From a bacterium (GTDB taxonomy: Bacteria > SM23-31), in contig JANQEH010000058.1 in the NCBI GenBank assembly GCA_028278455.1, positions 906 to 64,905 of the forward strand: a stretch of 64,000 nt of DNA. Reading direction: 5' to 3'. Shown here one piece after another: positions 1 through 9,780 of the stretch. Every line of letters begins with the position of its first letter. Positions within the stretch are counted from its first letter, which is position 1. The notes under the pieces were generated by a model that was given only the letters and a program-made list of their open reading frames with translations, was not told the DNA's origin and searched no databases. Both the position numbers and the translations under genes were made by a program.

Positions 1-720
1 TCACAGCACCACTACACATTCAAGTTCGAGACTGACGAGAGGAAAAAATTCCTCATGAAGTTCGAAGACAGGCTTATCAGCAGGGATGACGATTTCTCGA
101 GGGATAATAATATCAGCCTCGACCTGGTATACAGGCCAGTTCCGCAGGTAATGATATCTGCAAAGCCGTTCTACCAGACCAATAAACAGAACCTGCAGTA
201 TGTTGCTACCATAGATAATGTCGGAGATATCAGGTACATCATGGGACGTCTCGACCAGGAGACCTTCGGAACAACGTTCCGCCTGAATTTAAGCCTGACA
301 CCCGACCTGACTATTCAGTACTACGGCCAGCCCTTCATTTCATCAGGGCGTTATGATCATTTTAAACGAATTACGGATTCAAGGGCGGCAGCTTATGACA
401 ACAGGTTCTATGAATTTTCCGGTTCCCAGGTACTCTACGATCCGGGATTGAACAATTACTGGATTGATGAGAATTCTGACGGATTAATGGACTACTCATT
501 CGAAGATCCCGATTTCAATTTCCGTGAATTCAGGTCTAATCTTGTACTCCGCTGGGAATACAGGCCGGGATCGGTCGCTTATCTTGTATGGTCGCAGGAG
601 AGGGCAGGCAGGTATCTGAACGGGGATTTTTCCATCAGGGACGACTTCGACCGCCTGTTCAGGATCCACCCCCGCAACGTCTTCCTGCTCAAACTCAGCT
701 ACTGGTTCAACGTGCAGTAA
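1..720 (+). CDS. DUF5916-family outer-membrane protein, C-terminal part (5' truncated by window)
   Basis: Frame open from position 1; C-terminal 'FRSNLVLRWEYRPGS..YLVWSQ...NVFLLKLSYW' typical of DUF5916 proteins. Confidence 0.8.
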   Translation, partial: SQHHYTFKFETDERKKFLMKFEDRLISRDDDFSRDNNISLDLVYRPVPQVMISAKPFYQTNKQNLQYVATIDNVGDIRYIMGRLDQETFGTTFRLNLSLTPDLTIQYYGQPFISSGRYDHFKRITDSRAAAYDNRFYEFSGSQVLYDPGLNNYWIDENSDGLMDYSFEDPDFNFREFRSNLVLRWEYRPGSVAYLVWSQERAGRYLNGDFSIRDDFDRLFRIHPRNVFLLKLSYWFNVQ

Positions 721-734
721 TCAACTATGGACAA

Positions 735-764
735 TCTCCTGAATCCCCCTTTCCTAAGGGGGAC
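735..764. repeat. REP-like palindrome (TCCCCCTT-n-AAGGGGGA family)
   Basis: ctcctgaatCCCCCTTtcctAAGGGGGac between convergent genes; related copies at 40564, 49599, ~52390, ~57505. Confidence 0.65.
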
Positions 765-824
765 TGCGAAAATATAAGTATGAATTAGTTAACAGGCGTT
801 AAGAATTATTCTATAGGTATAATA

Positions 825-1799
825 CTATAGCTCCAGTTCTTTGCCGATGCCCATGACAAGGGCTTTTTTGTAGATGAGGATGGCTGTTGCCATGTCGTCT
901 AATGCAAGGCCGAGATTCATGCTCATTATCCTTTCCGAATCTGATTCCCTGCCCGGTTTCTTCCTGGCCGCTATTTCACCGAGATCGGCATAAGGTTCGG
1001 GAGTATCCCCGAAGTATCCTACAGTCCTGTAATACTCGAGCTGGGACTTGTCATCGGTTGCGAATCTATCCGCCTGGTTCATTGCTTCTCCCTGCCAGTA
1101 GGAATCGAAATCCAGCGGGCATGCAAAGCTTCCCTCGCTTAGCCAGTCTTTTTCTATCTCAGGTGAAGGATCCTTCAAAATCGGGCCGCTGGTTACCACA
1201 AGGTCGGATCCTTTCACAGCTTCTTTTGCGCTGGAAACAACTTCAATATCCAATCCAAACTCTGTGCTCATCTCCGAGGCATATTTTTCAGCGGTATCCT
1301 TATGGGTGTCGTATGCCTTGACTTTTTTAAGATCGAAAAGGCATGACAGCGCCTCCAGGTTGCTCCTGCCCTGGACTCCGCAGGCTACTATACCTGCCGT
1401 GGAGCTGTCTTTCCGGGCTAGGTATTTTGCTGCAACCGCAGTTGCCGCTCCAGTTCGTTTCGCGGTGATCCATGTACAGTCCATGACCGATATCGGGATC
1501 CCTGTTTCGGGATCGTTCAATATCAGCAGGCCGGATATATAGGGAAGATCTTTATCGAGGTTCTCGGGGTATCCGGACACCCATTTCATTCCGGCTGAAC
1601 CTGCCCCGGGGATATAGGCGGGCATAGCATGGATGAACGAATCCGGGCGAGTGTGGATCCCGGGTTTCGGAGGCATTTCAACCTTTCCCTCGCCTTTTTC
1701 CCTGAACATATCGTCAAGGGCATTAATAATGTCCATCATTGGGATATTGATCTTTTCAACATCTGAACGGTTTAAGTATAGCATAGTGTTTTTTTTCAT
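825..1799 (-). CDS. Ornithine cyclodeaminase/mu-crystallin (alanine dehydrogenase-like) family protein
   Basis: MPAY...GMKWVS, ITAKRTGAATAVAAKYLA, CGVQG Rossmann motif, GLALDD. Confidence 0.9.
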   Translation of the reverse strand: MKKNTMLYLNRSDVEKINIPMMDIINALDDMFREKGEGKVEMPPKPGIHTRPDSFIHAMPAYIPGAGSAGMKWVSGYPENLDKDLPYISGLLILNDPETGIPISVMDCTWITAKRTGAATAVAAKYLARKDSSTAGIVACGVQGRSNLEALSCLFDLKKVKAYDTHKDTAEKYASEMSTEFGLDIEVVSSAKEAVKGSDLVVTSGPILKDPSPEIEKDWLSEGSFACPLDFDSYWQGEAMNQADRFATDDKSQLEYYRTVGYFGDTPEPYADLGEIAARKKPGRESDSERIMSMNLGLALDDMATAILIYKKALVMGIGKELEL

Positions 1800-1934
1800 G
1801 AATGTCTCCTGAAGTTTTGATGAAATTATGAAAATATTGACCCAATATCCACTAGATTTTTCGCAACAATATTATTGAAATTCAAAAAATATTTTTGTAT
1901 GCTTAGCTCATAGAATGATTATGCAGAGAGGATA

Positions 1935-2324
1935 ATGATGGTAGAAAAAAAGGTGTTGATAGTCGAAGATGATGAACCGGTCCGGGATCTCTATGTCAGC
2001 GTGTTTTCTGAGAACGGATTCGAAACATACTTCGCCTCAACCGGAGAAGAAGCGCTTGAACTATTGAAGAATGAGGATATCCCGGTTATGTTTATTGACA
2101 TAAATATGCCGGGAATGAGCGGTTTTGAACTTGCGACGAAAATTTTCGAAATGAAGGATAATGTAATTCTGCATGCAGTAACGGGATATGAAAGCTCATA
2201 TAACCAGGATGAATGTCTTGATGCGGGATTCGAGGAATTCTTTACTAAGCCTGTTGCCATGAATGAACTTATAATGTCGGCAAAACACTCGTTTGGTAAA
2301 TTAAAGAACAATTCCGTGAGTTGA
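1935..2324 (+). CDS. Single-domain response regulator (receiver)
   Basis: VLIVEDD, FIDINMPGMSG, VTG, KP motifs; no output domain. Confidence 0.9.
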   Translation: MMVEKKVLIVEDDEPVRDLYVSVFSENGFETYFASTGEEALELLKNEDIPVMFIDINMPGMSGFELATKIFEMKDNVILHAVTGYESSYNQDECLDAGFEEFFTKPVAMNELIMSAKHSFGKLKNNSVS

Positions 2325-2395
2325 GATTGGAAATCAGGTTATTCGAGATTCTATAGTTCGGAAAAATTGTTTTTCCGGTTACAAACCATTTAAAT

Positions 2396-2507
2396 TAAAA
2401 AAGCCCGGAGATCAGCCGGGCTTTTTCTTTGGGAGGTTGCAATGTATATGCAGGAGACGTGAATATGAGCTGTTTTTTAGATTTCGACTCTGTTACAATA
2501 CATCTAT
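2396..2507 (-). ncRNA. Candidate sigma54-dependent small RNA (~110 nt)
   Basis: Lies between a -24/-12 promoter and a terminator, with no annotated ORF; contains CUCCU and CCUCCC motifs. Confidence 0.45.
2397..2426. terminator. Bidirectional intrinsic terminator
   Basis: AAAAAAGCCCGG-agatcag-CCGGGCTTTTT. Confidence 0.8.
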
Positions 2508-2516
2508 TAATATTAG

Positions 2517-2533
2517 AGGCAACTCGCATGCCA
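2517..2533 (-). promoter_or_regulatory. Sigma54 (-24/-12) promoter
   Basis: Minus strand TGGCATGCGAGTTGCCT fits TGGCAC-N5-TTGC. Confidence 0.65.
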
Positions 2534-2687
2534 TTTAGTACAGACAGAAGAAGCAGGCATTTTCTGAAAAATTTCGGGTATTATTGACCGGGAAGAATGA
2601 ATTTGGTTATTATTCACCGTGTAATGCGGAAATCAGCAATTCTGGACATGTAATTAGGGTAAATCTGAATACACACGGGATTTCGGA

Positions 2688-4124
2688 TCAGCGGTCGTGT
2701 ATAAGTGTTTCTCCTATCAACCGGATCAGATCAATCAACTGGTCAATATCTTCCTGTGTAGTCCTGTGGTTGGCTATACAAATTCTTAGGCAGGCTTTGC
2801 CTCGCAACACAGCGGGTGTAAGAAACGCTTCGCCGCTTTGCTCAAGCTCTGCGAGTATTTCAAACTGAAGGGAGTTCAGTGAGTTTTCGTCCAATTTCGT
2901 TTCCGGAATATATCTGAAACAAACGATAGACAGCTCGGAAGGTGAAACCAGCTCCCAGCATTCCTCGTTTTCGAGCCGGTTATAAAGACCGGATGCCAGT
3001 TCAAGGTTTCTGTCTATAATCTCCCCGATCCTTTTAAGTCCATAAGCACGAAATGCAAACCAGATCTTTAATGCTCTTGAGGCTCTTGTCAGCTGGAAAC
3101 CATAGTCTTTATAATCTACAGAATCTTCATCCCCCAGGTATGAAGCGCTGCAGTTGAAGGCATTATACAGATGTTTGCTGTCCTTAACGATGGTCAGGCC
3201 TGCTTCCGCGGGGATAAAAAACCATTTATGAGGATCTGTGGCTATTGAATCCGCCATTTCAATACCTTTAAGGAGCACTTTTCTGTTTTTAGAAAGTACA
3301 GCGCCTCCACCGTATGAGGCATCGACATGAAACCAGATATTTTCCCGCTCACAGATCTCCGCCAGTTTATCGATTGGATCGATCGAGCCTGTATTTACTG
3401 CTCCTGCCTGAGCTACAACGCAAAATGGTTCAAAACCTGATGACCTGTCATTCAATATCTCCTCTTCGAGCAGTTCAGGTTTCATTCTATATTTCTCGTC
3501 GGTCGGGATCTTTCTTACCATATCTGCCCCGATCCCGAGCATTCCGGCAGATCTGTCTACCGAGATATGTCCCTGGTCTGATACATAAATTACAAAAGGT
3601 TTCTCAATATTCTGAATACCCGTTGTCGTAGCTCCCGGATATATTGCTTCTCTAGCTGCAGCCAGTGCAGTCAGGTTCGCCATGGTACCTCCGCTTACAA
3701 GAATACCCCCGGATTCATTATCGTATCCGAATAATTGGCAAAACCAACGGACAACGACATCTTCAAGAACTGTAGCTGCCTTTCCGCCCTTATACAGCGC
3801 TGGCACCTGGTTCAGTCCAACATTGATCAATTCACCTAATGTACCGGCAGGAGAAGGACTTGTTATGATCCAGGAAAGAAAGCAAGGGTGACCGATTTTT
3901 GTGCTGTATGGTACAATATTTTCAACAATATCATCGATAAGTGTACCAATGTTTTCACCCTGAAGAGGCAGATCGCTGTAAATACTTTTCCTGAGGTCGT
4001 CATAAGATCCGGGAGGTATTACAGGACAGTTATTAATATTGAGAATATATCCGTTTATAATATCAAAAGCGCTGATTAAATACTTTTCAAAATCTTCGAT
4101 ATCGAGGGTTCCGGAAGTGTTCAT
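2688..4124 (-). CDS. Group II PLP-dependent amino-acid decarboxylase
   Basis: SGGTMANL, WFHVDASYGG, SIATDPHKW (PLP lysine), RALKIW. Confidence 0.9.
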   Translation of the reverse strand: MNTSGTLDIEDFEKYLISAFDIINGYILNINNCPVIPPGSYDDLRKSIYSDLPLQGENIGTLIDDIVENIVPYSTKIGHPCFLSWIITSPSPAGTLGELINVGLNQVPALYKGGKAATVLEDVVVRWFCQLFGYDNESGGILVSGGTMANLTALAAAREAIYPGATTTGIQNIEKPFVIYVSDQGHISVDRSAGMLGIGADMVRKIPTDEKYRMKPELLEEEILNDRSSGFEPFCVVAQAGAVNTGSIDPIDKLAEICERENIWFHVDASYGGGAVLSKNRKVLLKGIEMADSIATDPHKWFFIPAEAGLTIVKDSKHLYNAFNCSASYLGDEDSVDYKDYGFQLTRASRALKIWFAFRAYGLKRIGEIIDRNLELASGLYNRLENEECWELVSPSELSIVCFRYIPETKLDENSLNSLQFEILAELEQSGEAFLTPAVLRGKACLRICIANHRTTQEDIDQLIDLIRLIGETLIHDR

Positions 4125-4543
4125 TTCAGCTCCATTGCGGCTAGCGGGAGATCATCGGAATAAATTACAATTGAACCTGCGGCAAAATCATGTATCGCTC
4201 TTTTTCCTTTTGTGAAAGGGATTGTGAAAAATGAGATCAAGCCAAGAGGGATCTTTATTAATAATCTAATATAAGCGGAGAGTATTGAGATCCTTTCCAG
4301 GCTGCCGGCCCTTCTTATACGCACACCTGTTAGCAGCTGGCCTGCAGTGCAAAACCTGCTTGTAAGAAGAGGTTCATAGATAAAGAGCATAGTACCAGCC
4401 AGAAGAATCCTGAGCATCCTGGATGATTCATTCTGCTCCGGAATTAAATAGGCGGCAAACATGAACGCCGAAAGCACCAATAGTCCATCAATTAGTGTGG
4501 ACAAATATCTTCTTGCAATGACTGGATATTCAAGGTTTTCCAT
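4121..4543 (-). CDS. RDD family membrane protein
   Basis: RRYLSTLID, TAGQLLTGVRI, KRAIHDFAAGS. Confidence 0.85.
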   Translation of the reverse strand: MENLEYPVIARRYLSTLIDGLLVLSAFMFAAYLIPEQNESSRMLRILLAGTMLFIYEPLLTSRFCTAGQLLTGVRIRRAGSLERISILSAYIRLLIKIPLGLISFFTIPFTKGKRAIHDFAAGSIVIYSDDLPLAAMELK

Positions 4544-4554
4544 ATTTCTACCTT

Positions 4555-5370
4555 TCAGGAATGATCGATTGATCCAACATAGATCTTGATCTGGTAAGCG
4601 ATAAAGCAGATCCCCGCAACGAGTATGATCGAAGCTCCCGATGTTATATTCAAATAATAGGAAATAACAAGTCCTGTGAAAGTAAAAAGGGAGGCAAGAA
4701 TGAATGACCAGAACATCATTTTACCAAGGGATGATGAAAATTTTTCAGATATATATGTCGGGATCGTCATCAAGGCTATTACAAGTATCAGGCCGACCAC
4801 TCTTATTGTCATGACAACAGTCAGTGCTACGAGGATAAGCATCATTATATACAGCAGTTTTACAGGTATTCCTCGCAGAGAGGCGAATTCCTCGTCATAA
4901 GACATTGCGAGCAGGTCTTTATAGTAGAAAACAACACACAGAATTATAATAATATCGAGCATCAGCATAAGAAAAAGATCTGATACGGGAACGGCGAGGA
5001 TGCTTCCGAATAGATAGCTCAATAGGTCAACATTATATCCGGGAGTGAGATCGATCAGGAGGATACCCACTGCCATGCCAACAGCCCAGAGCACACCTAT
5101 TATAGTGTCTGACCTATGCTTGCTTTTCATAGTGATAATACCTATCAGAAAAGCGGCAAGAATGGAAAAAAATCCGGCTCCGATAAGCGGTGAGAATCCG
5201 AAATATACTCCTAAGCCTATTCCTCCGAATGCGGAATGAGCAATCCCACCTGAAATAAAGACTATTCTGTTCACCACAACCAGGCTGCCGATCAATCCGC
5301 ATGCTATGCATGTAAGCAATCCCGCTAGAAGGGCGTTTCGAATGAATTCATATTGCAGAAGTTCCGGCAA
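4555..5370 (-). CDS. znuB: Zn ABC transporter permease
   Basis: ABC-3 motifs GIAHSAFGG, SYLFGSIL, YDEEFA; in operon with znuAC. Confidence 0.9.
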   Translation of the reverse strand: MPELLQYEFIRNALLAGLLTCIACGLIGSLVVVNRIVFISGGIAHSAFGGIGLGVYFGFSPLIGAGFFSILAAFLIGIITMKSKHRSDTIIGVLWAVGMAVGILLIDLTPGYNVDLLSYLFGSILAVPVSDLFLMLMLDIIIILCVVFYYKDLLAMSYDEEFASLRGIPVKLLYIMMLILVALTVVMTIRVVGLILVIALMTIPTYISEKFSSSLGKMMFWSFILASLFTFTGLVISYYLNITSGASIILVAGICFIAYQIKIYVGSIDHS

Positions 5371-5383
5371 GTTAGATCTCCAA

Positions 5384-6154
5384 TTACTTCAGGTTCATAC
5401 CATCTACAGGTGGACGTTCCGGAAATTCCTCGAGGGGACAGATATGTTCAAGTGAGAATCCGAAGGTTTTCCTGAGCATTTCGGAAGTTACATGGGGAGC
5501 TTCATGAAAGTACAGCTCCCTGTGTACACAGGCTATTTTATTGACATACTCCGTTAGTACATTGATATTATGACTTACGATAAGGATAGTCAGTTTTTTA
5601 TTTAGTTCTTTCAATACATCAAAGAGTATCATCTGCCCCGGAGGATCGAGACTCGCTGTAGGTTCGTCAAGAATGATTATCTTCGGATCGGTCGCAAGCG
5701 CCCTGGCAATGAAAACTCTTTGTCTCTGCCCCATGGATAGATCGCCGATCCTTGCATCCCTGTTTTCCCACATCCCGACCTGCCTGAGGACCTCCCGCGT
5801 AATACCCGCGTCTTTTCTGGTGAATCTCCATCCTTCTCTCCTGCCGCCTATCCTCCCCATCATGGTAACATCCCTTACAGTAATAGGAAAATTTTCATTT
5901 ATGGATGTATTCTGTGGGACATAACCGATAGAGCTGGACACCTGCGACGGTTTCCTCCCTAACACATTGACGGTTCCCTTCTGAGGTTCGATCATACCGA
6001 GAATCAGCTTCACCAATGTAGTTTTTCCGCTGCCGTTTGGTCCTATTATACCAATAAAATCCCTGTCATATACAGAAAATGTAACATCCTTCAATGCAAT
6101 TTCACCGTTGTAGGAGAAAGAGACATCTTTAAGTTCTATTTCAAGGTCGGACAT
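5384..6154 (-). CDS. znuC: Zn ABC transporter ATPase
   Basis: GPNGSGKTT, LSMGQRQR, LDEPT; start placed at ATG 6154 (TTG 6163 possible). Confidence 0.9.
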   Translation of the reverse strand: MSDLEIELKDVSFSYNGEIALKDVTFSVYDRDFIGIIGPNGSGKTTLVKLILGMIEPQKGTVNVLGRKPSQVSSSIGYVPQNTSINENFPITVRDVTMMGRIGGRREGWRFTRKDAGITREVLRQVGMWENRDARIGDLSMGQRQRVFIARALATDPKIIILDEPTASLDPPGQMILFDVLKELNKKLTILIVSHNINVLTEYVNKIACVHRELYFHEAPHVTSEMLRKTFGFSLEHICPLEEFPERPPVDGMNLK

Positions 6155-6166
6155 TGCCTGCAATCC

Positions 6167-7108
6167 TTACTTCATGGAATCTCTGAATTTCTTTGCGACT
6201 ATATTCATATTCTCAAGCCAGTTTTCAGCAAGGGGATCCGCTGTTATTACTTCACCACCTATCTCATTAGCTATCATTGAAACTGTCTGAGGGGAGATCT
6301 GCGGCTGTACAAAGATTATCCTGATTTTGTTAGTTTTCGCATAATCTATAAGTTTAATAAGATCTCTAGGTTTTGGTTCCTTACCTTCGATCTCGACAGG
6401 TATCTGACGCAGGTCGTATGCCTTTGCGAAATACCCCCATGCAGGATGAAAAACGATAAATTCCTTCTTAATGTTCCCATCGCTGAACATATTCTTCAAT
6501 TCGGTATCGAGAACATCGATCTCTTCTATAAATGCATCATAGTTTGTTCTGTATACATTTTCATTACCGGGATCAATCTGAATCAGGTTCTGCAGAATGA
6601 TCTGCAGCTGCTCGGATACAAGTGGCGGGGAAAGCCATATATGAGGATCATGCCCACCTTCTTCTCCATGATGGTGATGTTCATGTCCACCCTCTTCACT
6701 ATGATCGTGACCCTCATGTCCTCCTTCTTCTTTAGAGATCTCAAGCTCGACCTGCTGCATGGCGATCTTTTCAATATTCTCTCCAGTATGTATGATCTTC
6801 ATATCAGGATTAGCTGAGGAGAATCTTTCCAGCCATGAATGCTCAAAATCAATACCGATTGCGAAATACAGTTTCGACCGGGATAATTCTACCATCTGCT
6901 GAGGCCTGGGTTCATATATATGAGGATCTCCACCGGGAGGGACCATAACCATAGCGTCCACAAGATCACCGCCGATCTTCTCAACGAAGAATTTCTGAGG
7001 CAGGATGCTTACCGAAACTTGCAGTTTACCTGATTCCGGGGTATTGCCGGTGCAAAAGACGGAAACCACAAAAATGCAAACTAATACAAGAATTATTTTC
7101 CTCTTCAT
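6167..7108 (-). CDS. znuA: Zn ABC transporter substrate-binding protein
   Basis: DPHIYEP, His-rich loop, DPHIWLSP, FHPAWGYF; signal peptide from MKRK at 7108. Confidence 0.92.
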   Translation of the reverse strand: MKRKIILVLVCIFVVSVFCTGNTPESGKLQVSVSILPQKFFVEKIGGDLVDAMVMVPPGGDPHIYEPRPQQMVELSRSKLYFAIGIDFEHSWLERFSSANPDMKIIHTGENIEKIAMQQVELEISKEEGGHEGHDHSEEGGHEHHHHGEEGGHDPHIWLSPPLVSEQLQIILQNLIQIDPGNENVYRTNYDAFIEEIDVLDTELKNMFSDGNIKKEFIVFHPAWGYFAKAYDLRQIPVEIEGKEPKPRDLIKLIDYAKTNKIRIIFVQPQISPQTVSMIANEIGGEVITADPLAENWLENMNIVAKKFRDSMK

Positions 7109-7118
7109 ATTCTTTCCT

Positions 7119-7538
7119 TTACTTACAATCAGGACATTCACCGCTCATTACAATTGATATGGTGCTTGTCCTGAATCCTTTAGCCATTTCTATTAATATT
7201 TTTTTTCTCTCCTCATCTATATCAGGCAGGCAGAAATATCTTCCGCAGGAACTGCATTTAAAATGAGGATGAGAATTCGAATTATTTTTTAAAATTTCAT
7301 AGAAAGAGATCCCGGAGACATCATTTATCTCATGGACCAAATTAGTTTCCCTCAGTACTGCAAGCGTTCTATAAACGGTCGCAAGGTCAACACTTTTTCT
7401 GCTGTTTACCTGTCTGTAAAGCTGATAAGCATCTAACGGCTCATCACTAATTATGAGCTCTTCAATTATCGCGACTTTCTTTCTCGTCGGCCTGATATTT
7501 GCGTTTTTAAGATGTTCCGGGATGTCTTTAAGTTTCAT
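7119..7538 (-). CDS. zur: Fur-family regulator, probably Zur
   Basis: DLATVYRTL, HPHFKCSSC, CPDC; heads the znu operon. Confidence 0.85.
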   Translation of the reverse strand: MKLKDIPEHLKNANIRPTRKKVAIIEELIISDEPLDAYQLYRQVNSRKSVDLATVYRTLAVLRETNLVHEINDVSGISFYEILKNNSNSHPHFKCSSCGRYFCLPDIDEERKKILIEMAKGFRTSTISIVMSGECPDCK

Positions 7539-7544
7539 AATTCA

Positions 7545-7573
7545 ATTATACGAAATTTGCAAAAGATTTGCAA
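7545..7573 (-). promoter_or_regulatory. Sigma70 promoter overlapped by a palindromic (Zur-type) operator; leaderless start
   Basis: TTGCAA-N17-TATAAT ending 6 nt before the ATG; palindrome TTGCAA-AAGAT-TTGCAA at 7557-7573. Confidence 0.7.
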
Positions 7574-7855
7574 TTCATTTGTTTTTCCGGGATCATTGAA
7601 AAATACGCAAAATAATTATAGCCGATTCTTTAAGCAGTGCTTTAACAGCCTTTTTTAACTTATTGTATTATAAGCAAATTCATTTTCAGAAATTGAGCAA
7701 TTAACTGAAAATTAATCCATAATTAATAATTAATTAACAAAAATATCGTAATTTACCGGTGTCCGAATTAGAGTATTATATGGTAGGATCTTTTATACCA
7801 ATAGTGCCTGTTCATATCGGTTTAATCTATCGACTGCTTAATCAAAGGAGAATAA

Positions 7856-9763
7856 ATGGCTAAGGTTGACCTTCATAATCATTCAAAATACTCTGATCGT
7901 CCCTCTGAATGGTTTTTACAGAAGATCGGCGCGAGTGAGTGTTATTCTGAACCTGATTTTTTGTATACTGAGGCAAAAAGGCGGGGAATGGATTTCGCTA
8001 CCGTTACTGATCATAACAAGATAGATGCATGTCTTCTGCTCAAAGAAAAGTACCCTGACAAAGTGTTTACCGGAGTAGAGGTGACAACGTATTTCCCGGA
8101 AAACAACTGCAAAGTTCATATCCTTGTTTACGGATTAATAGAGGAAGATTTTGAGACAATTCAAAGCATCAGGAAAAATATATATGAACTCAGGCTTTTT
8201 ATTAAGGAAAGTGGATTGGCATATTCAGTTGCCCACCCAACCTACAGTATTAACAACAGGCTGAACGTTGAGCTGCTTGAGAAGCTGATTCTGATGTTCG
8301 ATGTGTTTGAAGTGATTAACGGTGCGAGGAGCAGGCTGCATAATGTTACTCTTTTTAAAGCGTTAAAGAGCCTGACTCCTAACAAGATAGATAAACTATA
8401 TGAAAAGTACAAAATAGAGCCAATAAGCTCTGATCCTTGGAAAAAAGGCTATACAGGCGGATCAGATGATCATGCCGGTATTTTCATTGGCAAGACCTAT
8501 ACCTATGCGAAGGCGGACACTCCTGAAGAGTTTCTCGAGAAACTTAAGGATAAGTATTCGCTGGCATGCGGCAGACACAATGATTATAAATCGCTGACAT
8601 TTACATTTTATAAGATCGCATATGAATTTTCAAAGCATAATTCATCCAGGATTCCTAAGTCGATCATGTCCGAGATAACGGAGTCTATTTTCGAGAATAA
8701 ATCTCTCAGCCTGATCAACCTGGCAAAGATCTCGATCCCCAAGTCCCTATCGAAGAAGAACGGCAGCATGGCAAACGAGGCGCTTATCGATATACTGGAG
8801 ACTTTCAAAAAGAATGGAAAGATCAGAATTGAGGATAAGTTTGATATTTTGTATGATAAGATCACCGTAATTGCAGATGATCTTATGAAAATGTTTTTCA
8901 GCACTTTTGAAAAGGATATTACAAAGGGTGATATTTTCAACCTCGTTAAGAATATTTCATCAGCTTTGCCGGCATTCTTTCTTTCGGCGCCATTTTTCTC
9001 AACATTTTTCCACCTGTACAGAGGAAGAGAGCTGATAAAGCATCTCGAAGCGAATTACTTAGGTGAAATAAGTGATAAGAAAAGAAAGATACTCTGGTTC
9101 ACAGATACTCTGGCAGATATTAACGGTGTCAGCGATACCCTGAAGAATATAGGATGGCTGGCGAAAGAGAAACATCTCGATATTACATTAGCTACGTCTT
9201 TATGTGAAGATGAAAACAAAGAAGGACTTCCACCCAATGTAATGGATATCAAACATATTCATGAGTTTAACCTGCCCTATTATGAGCAGTTCAAGATGAA
9301 GATCCCTTCAATTCTCGATGCGATAAAGATCATCGATGAATATGAACCCGACATGATTTATATTTCGACTCCCGGTCCGGTAGGTATGCTGGGCCTTCTT
9401 GCATCAAAGCTGTTGGATATAAAATGCATAGGAGTCTATCATATAGATTTTATGGGCCCGGCAGATGAAATTATCGGTAACGAGGGATTATCGGTTTTTC
9501 TCAGATCGGCAGAAAAGTGGTTGTATTCTTCCTTTGATGAGGTTTTGGTACCTGATAAAGAATATTTTGACCTGTTATGTGAACGGGGTATCAGCAACTC
9601 AAAACTGAAAATGTTTAAACAGGGTGTTTCCCTGAATGATCAATTATTAAATGAAAACGGAAAACATTTTAATATTAATGAGGCTGTCAGACGTATAATA
9701 TCCAAAAATCCTGACGAGACAAAAAACGTTACTGATAAATTTGATTCGGTAAATGCAGTATAA
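7856..9763 (+). CDS. PHP-domain phosphoesterase fused to the N-terminal half of a GT4 glycosyltransferase
   Basis: DLHNHSKYS, TVTDHN, GGSDDH; FTDTLADINGVS, STPGPVG; the C-terminal GT Rossmann domain appears absent. Confidence 0.8.
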   Translation: MAKVDLHNHSKYSDRPSEWFLQKIGASECYSEPDFLYTEAKRRGMDFATVTDHNKIDACLLLKEKYPDKVFTGVEVTTYFPENNCKVHILVYGLIEEDFETIQSIRKNIYELRLFIKESGLAYSVAHPTYSINNRLNVELLEKLILMFDVFEVINGARSRLHNVTLFKALKSLTPNKIDKLYEKYKIEPISSDPWKKGYTGGSDDHAGIFIGKTYTYAKADTPEEFLEKLKDKYSLACGRHNDYKSLTFTFYKIAYEFSKHNSSRIPKSIMSEITESIFENKSLSLINLAKISIPKSLSKKNGSMANEALIDILETFKKNGKIRIEDKFDILYDKITVIADDLMKMFFSTFEKDITKGDIFNLVKNISSALPAFFLSAPFFSTFFHLYRGRELIKHLEANYLGEISDKKRKILWFTDTLADINGVSDTLKNIGWLAKEKHLDITLATSLCEDENKEGLPPNVMDIKHIHEFNLPYYEQFKMKIPSILDAIKIIDEYEPDMIYISTPGPVGMLGLLASKLLDIKCIGVYHIDFMGPADEIIGNEGLSVFLRSAEKWLYSSFDEVLVPDKEYFDLLCERGISNSKLKMFKQGVSLNDQLLNENGKHFNINEAVRRIISKNPDETKNVTDKFDSVNAV

Positions 9764-9780
9764 TCTAAGGCAGGCCTTAT

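Noticed and set aside
6655-6735. EEGGH repeat in ZnuA as a novel repeat
   Set aside because: His-rich loops are a normal ZnuA feature
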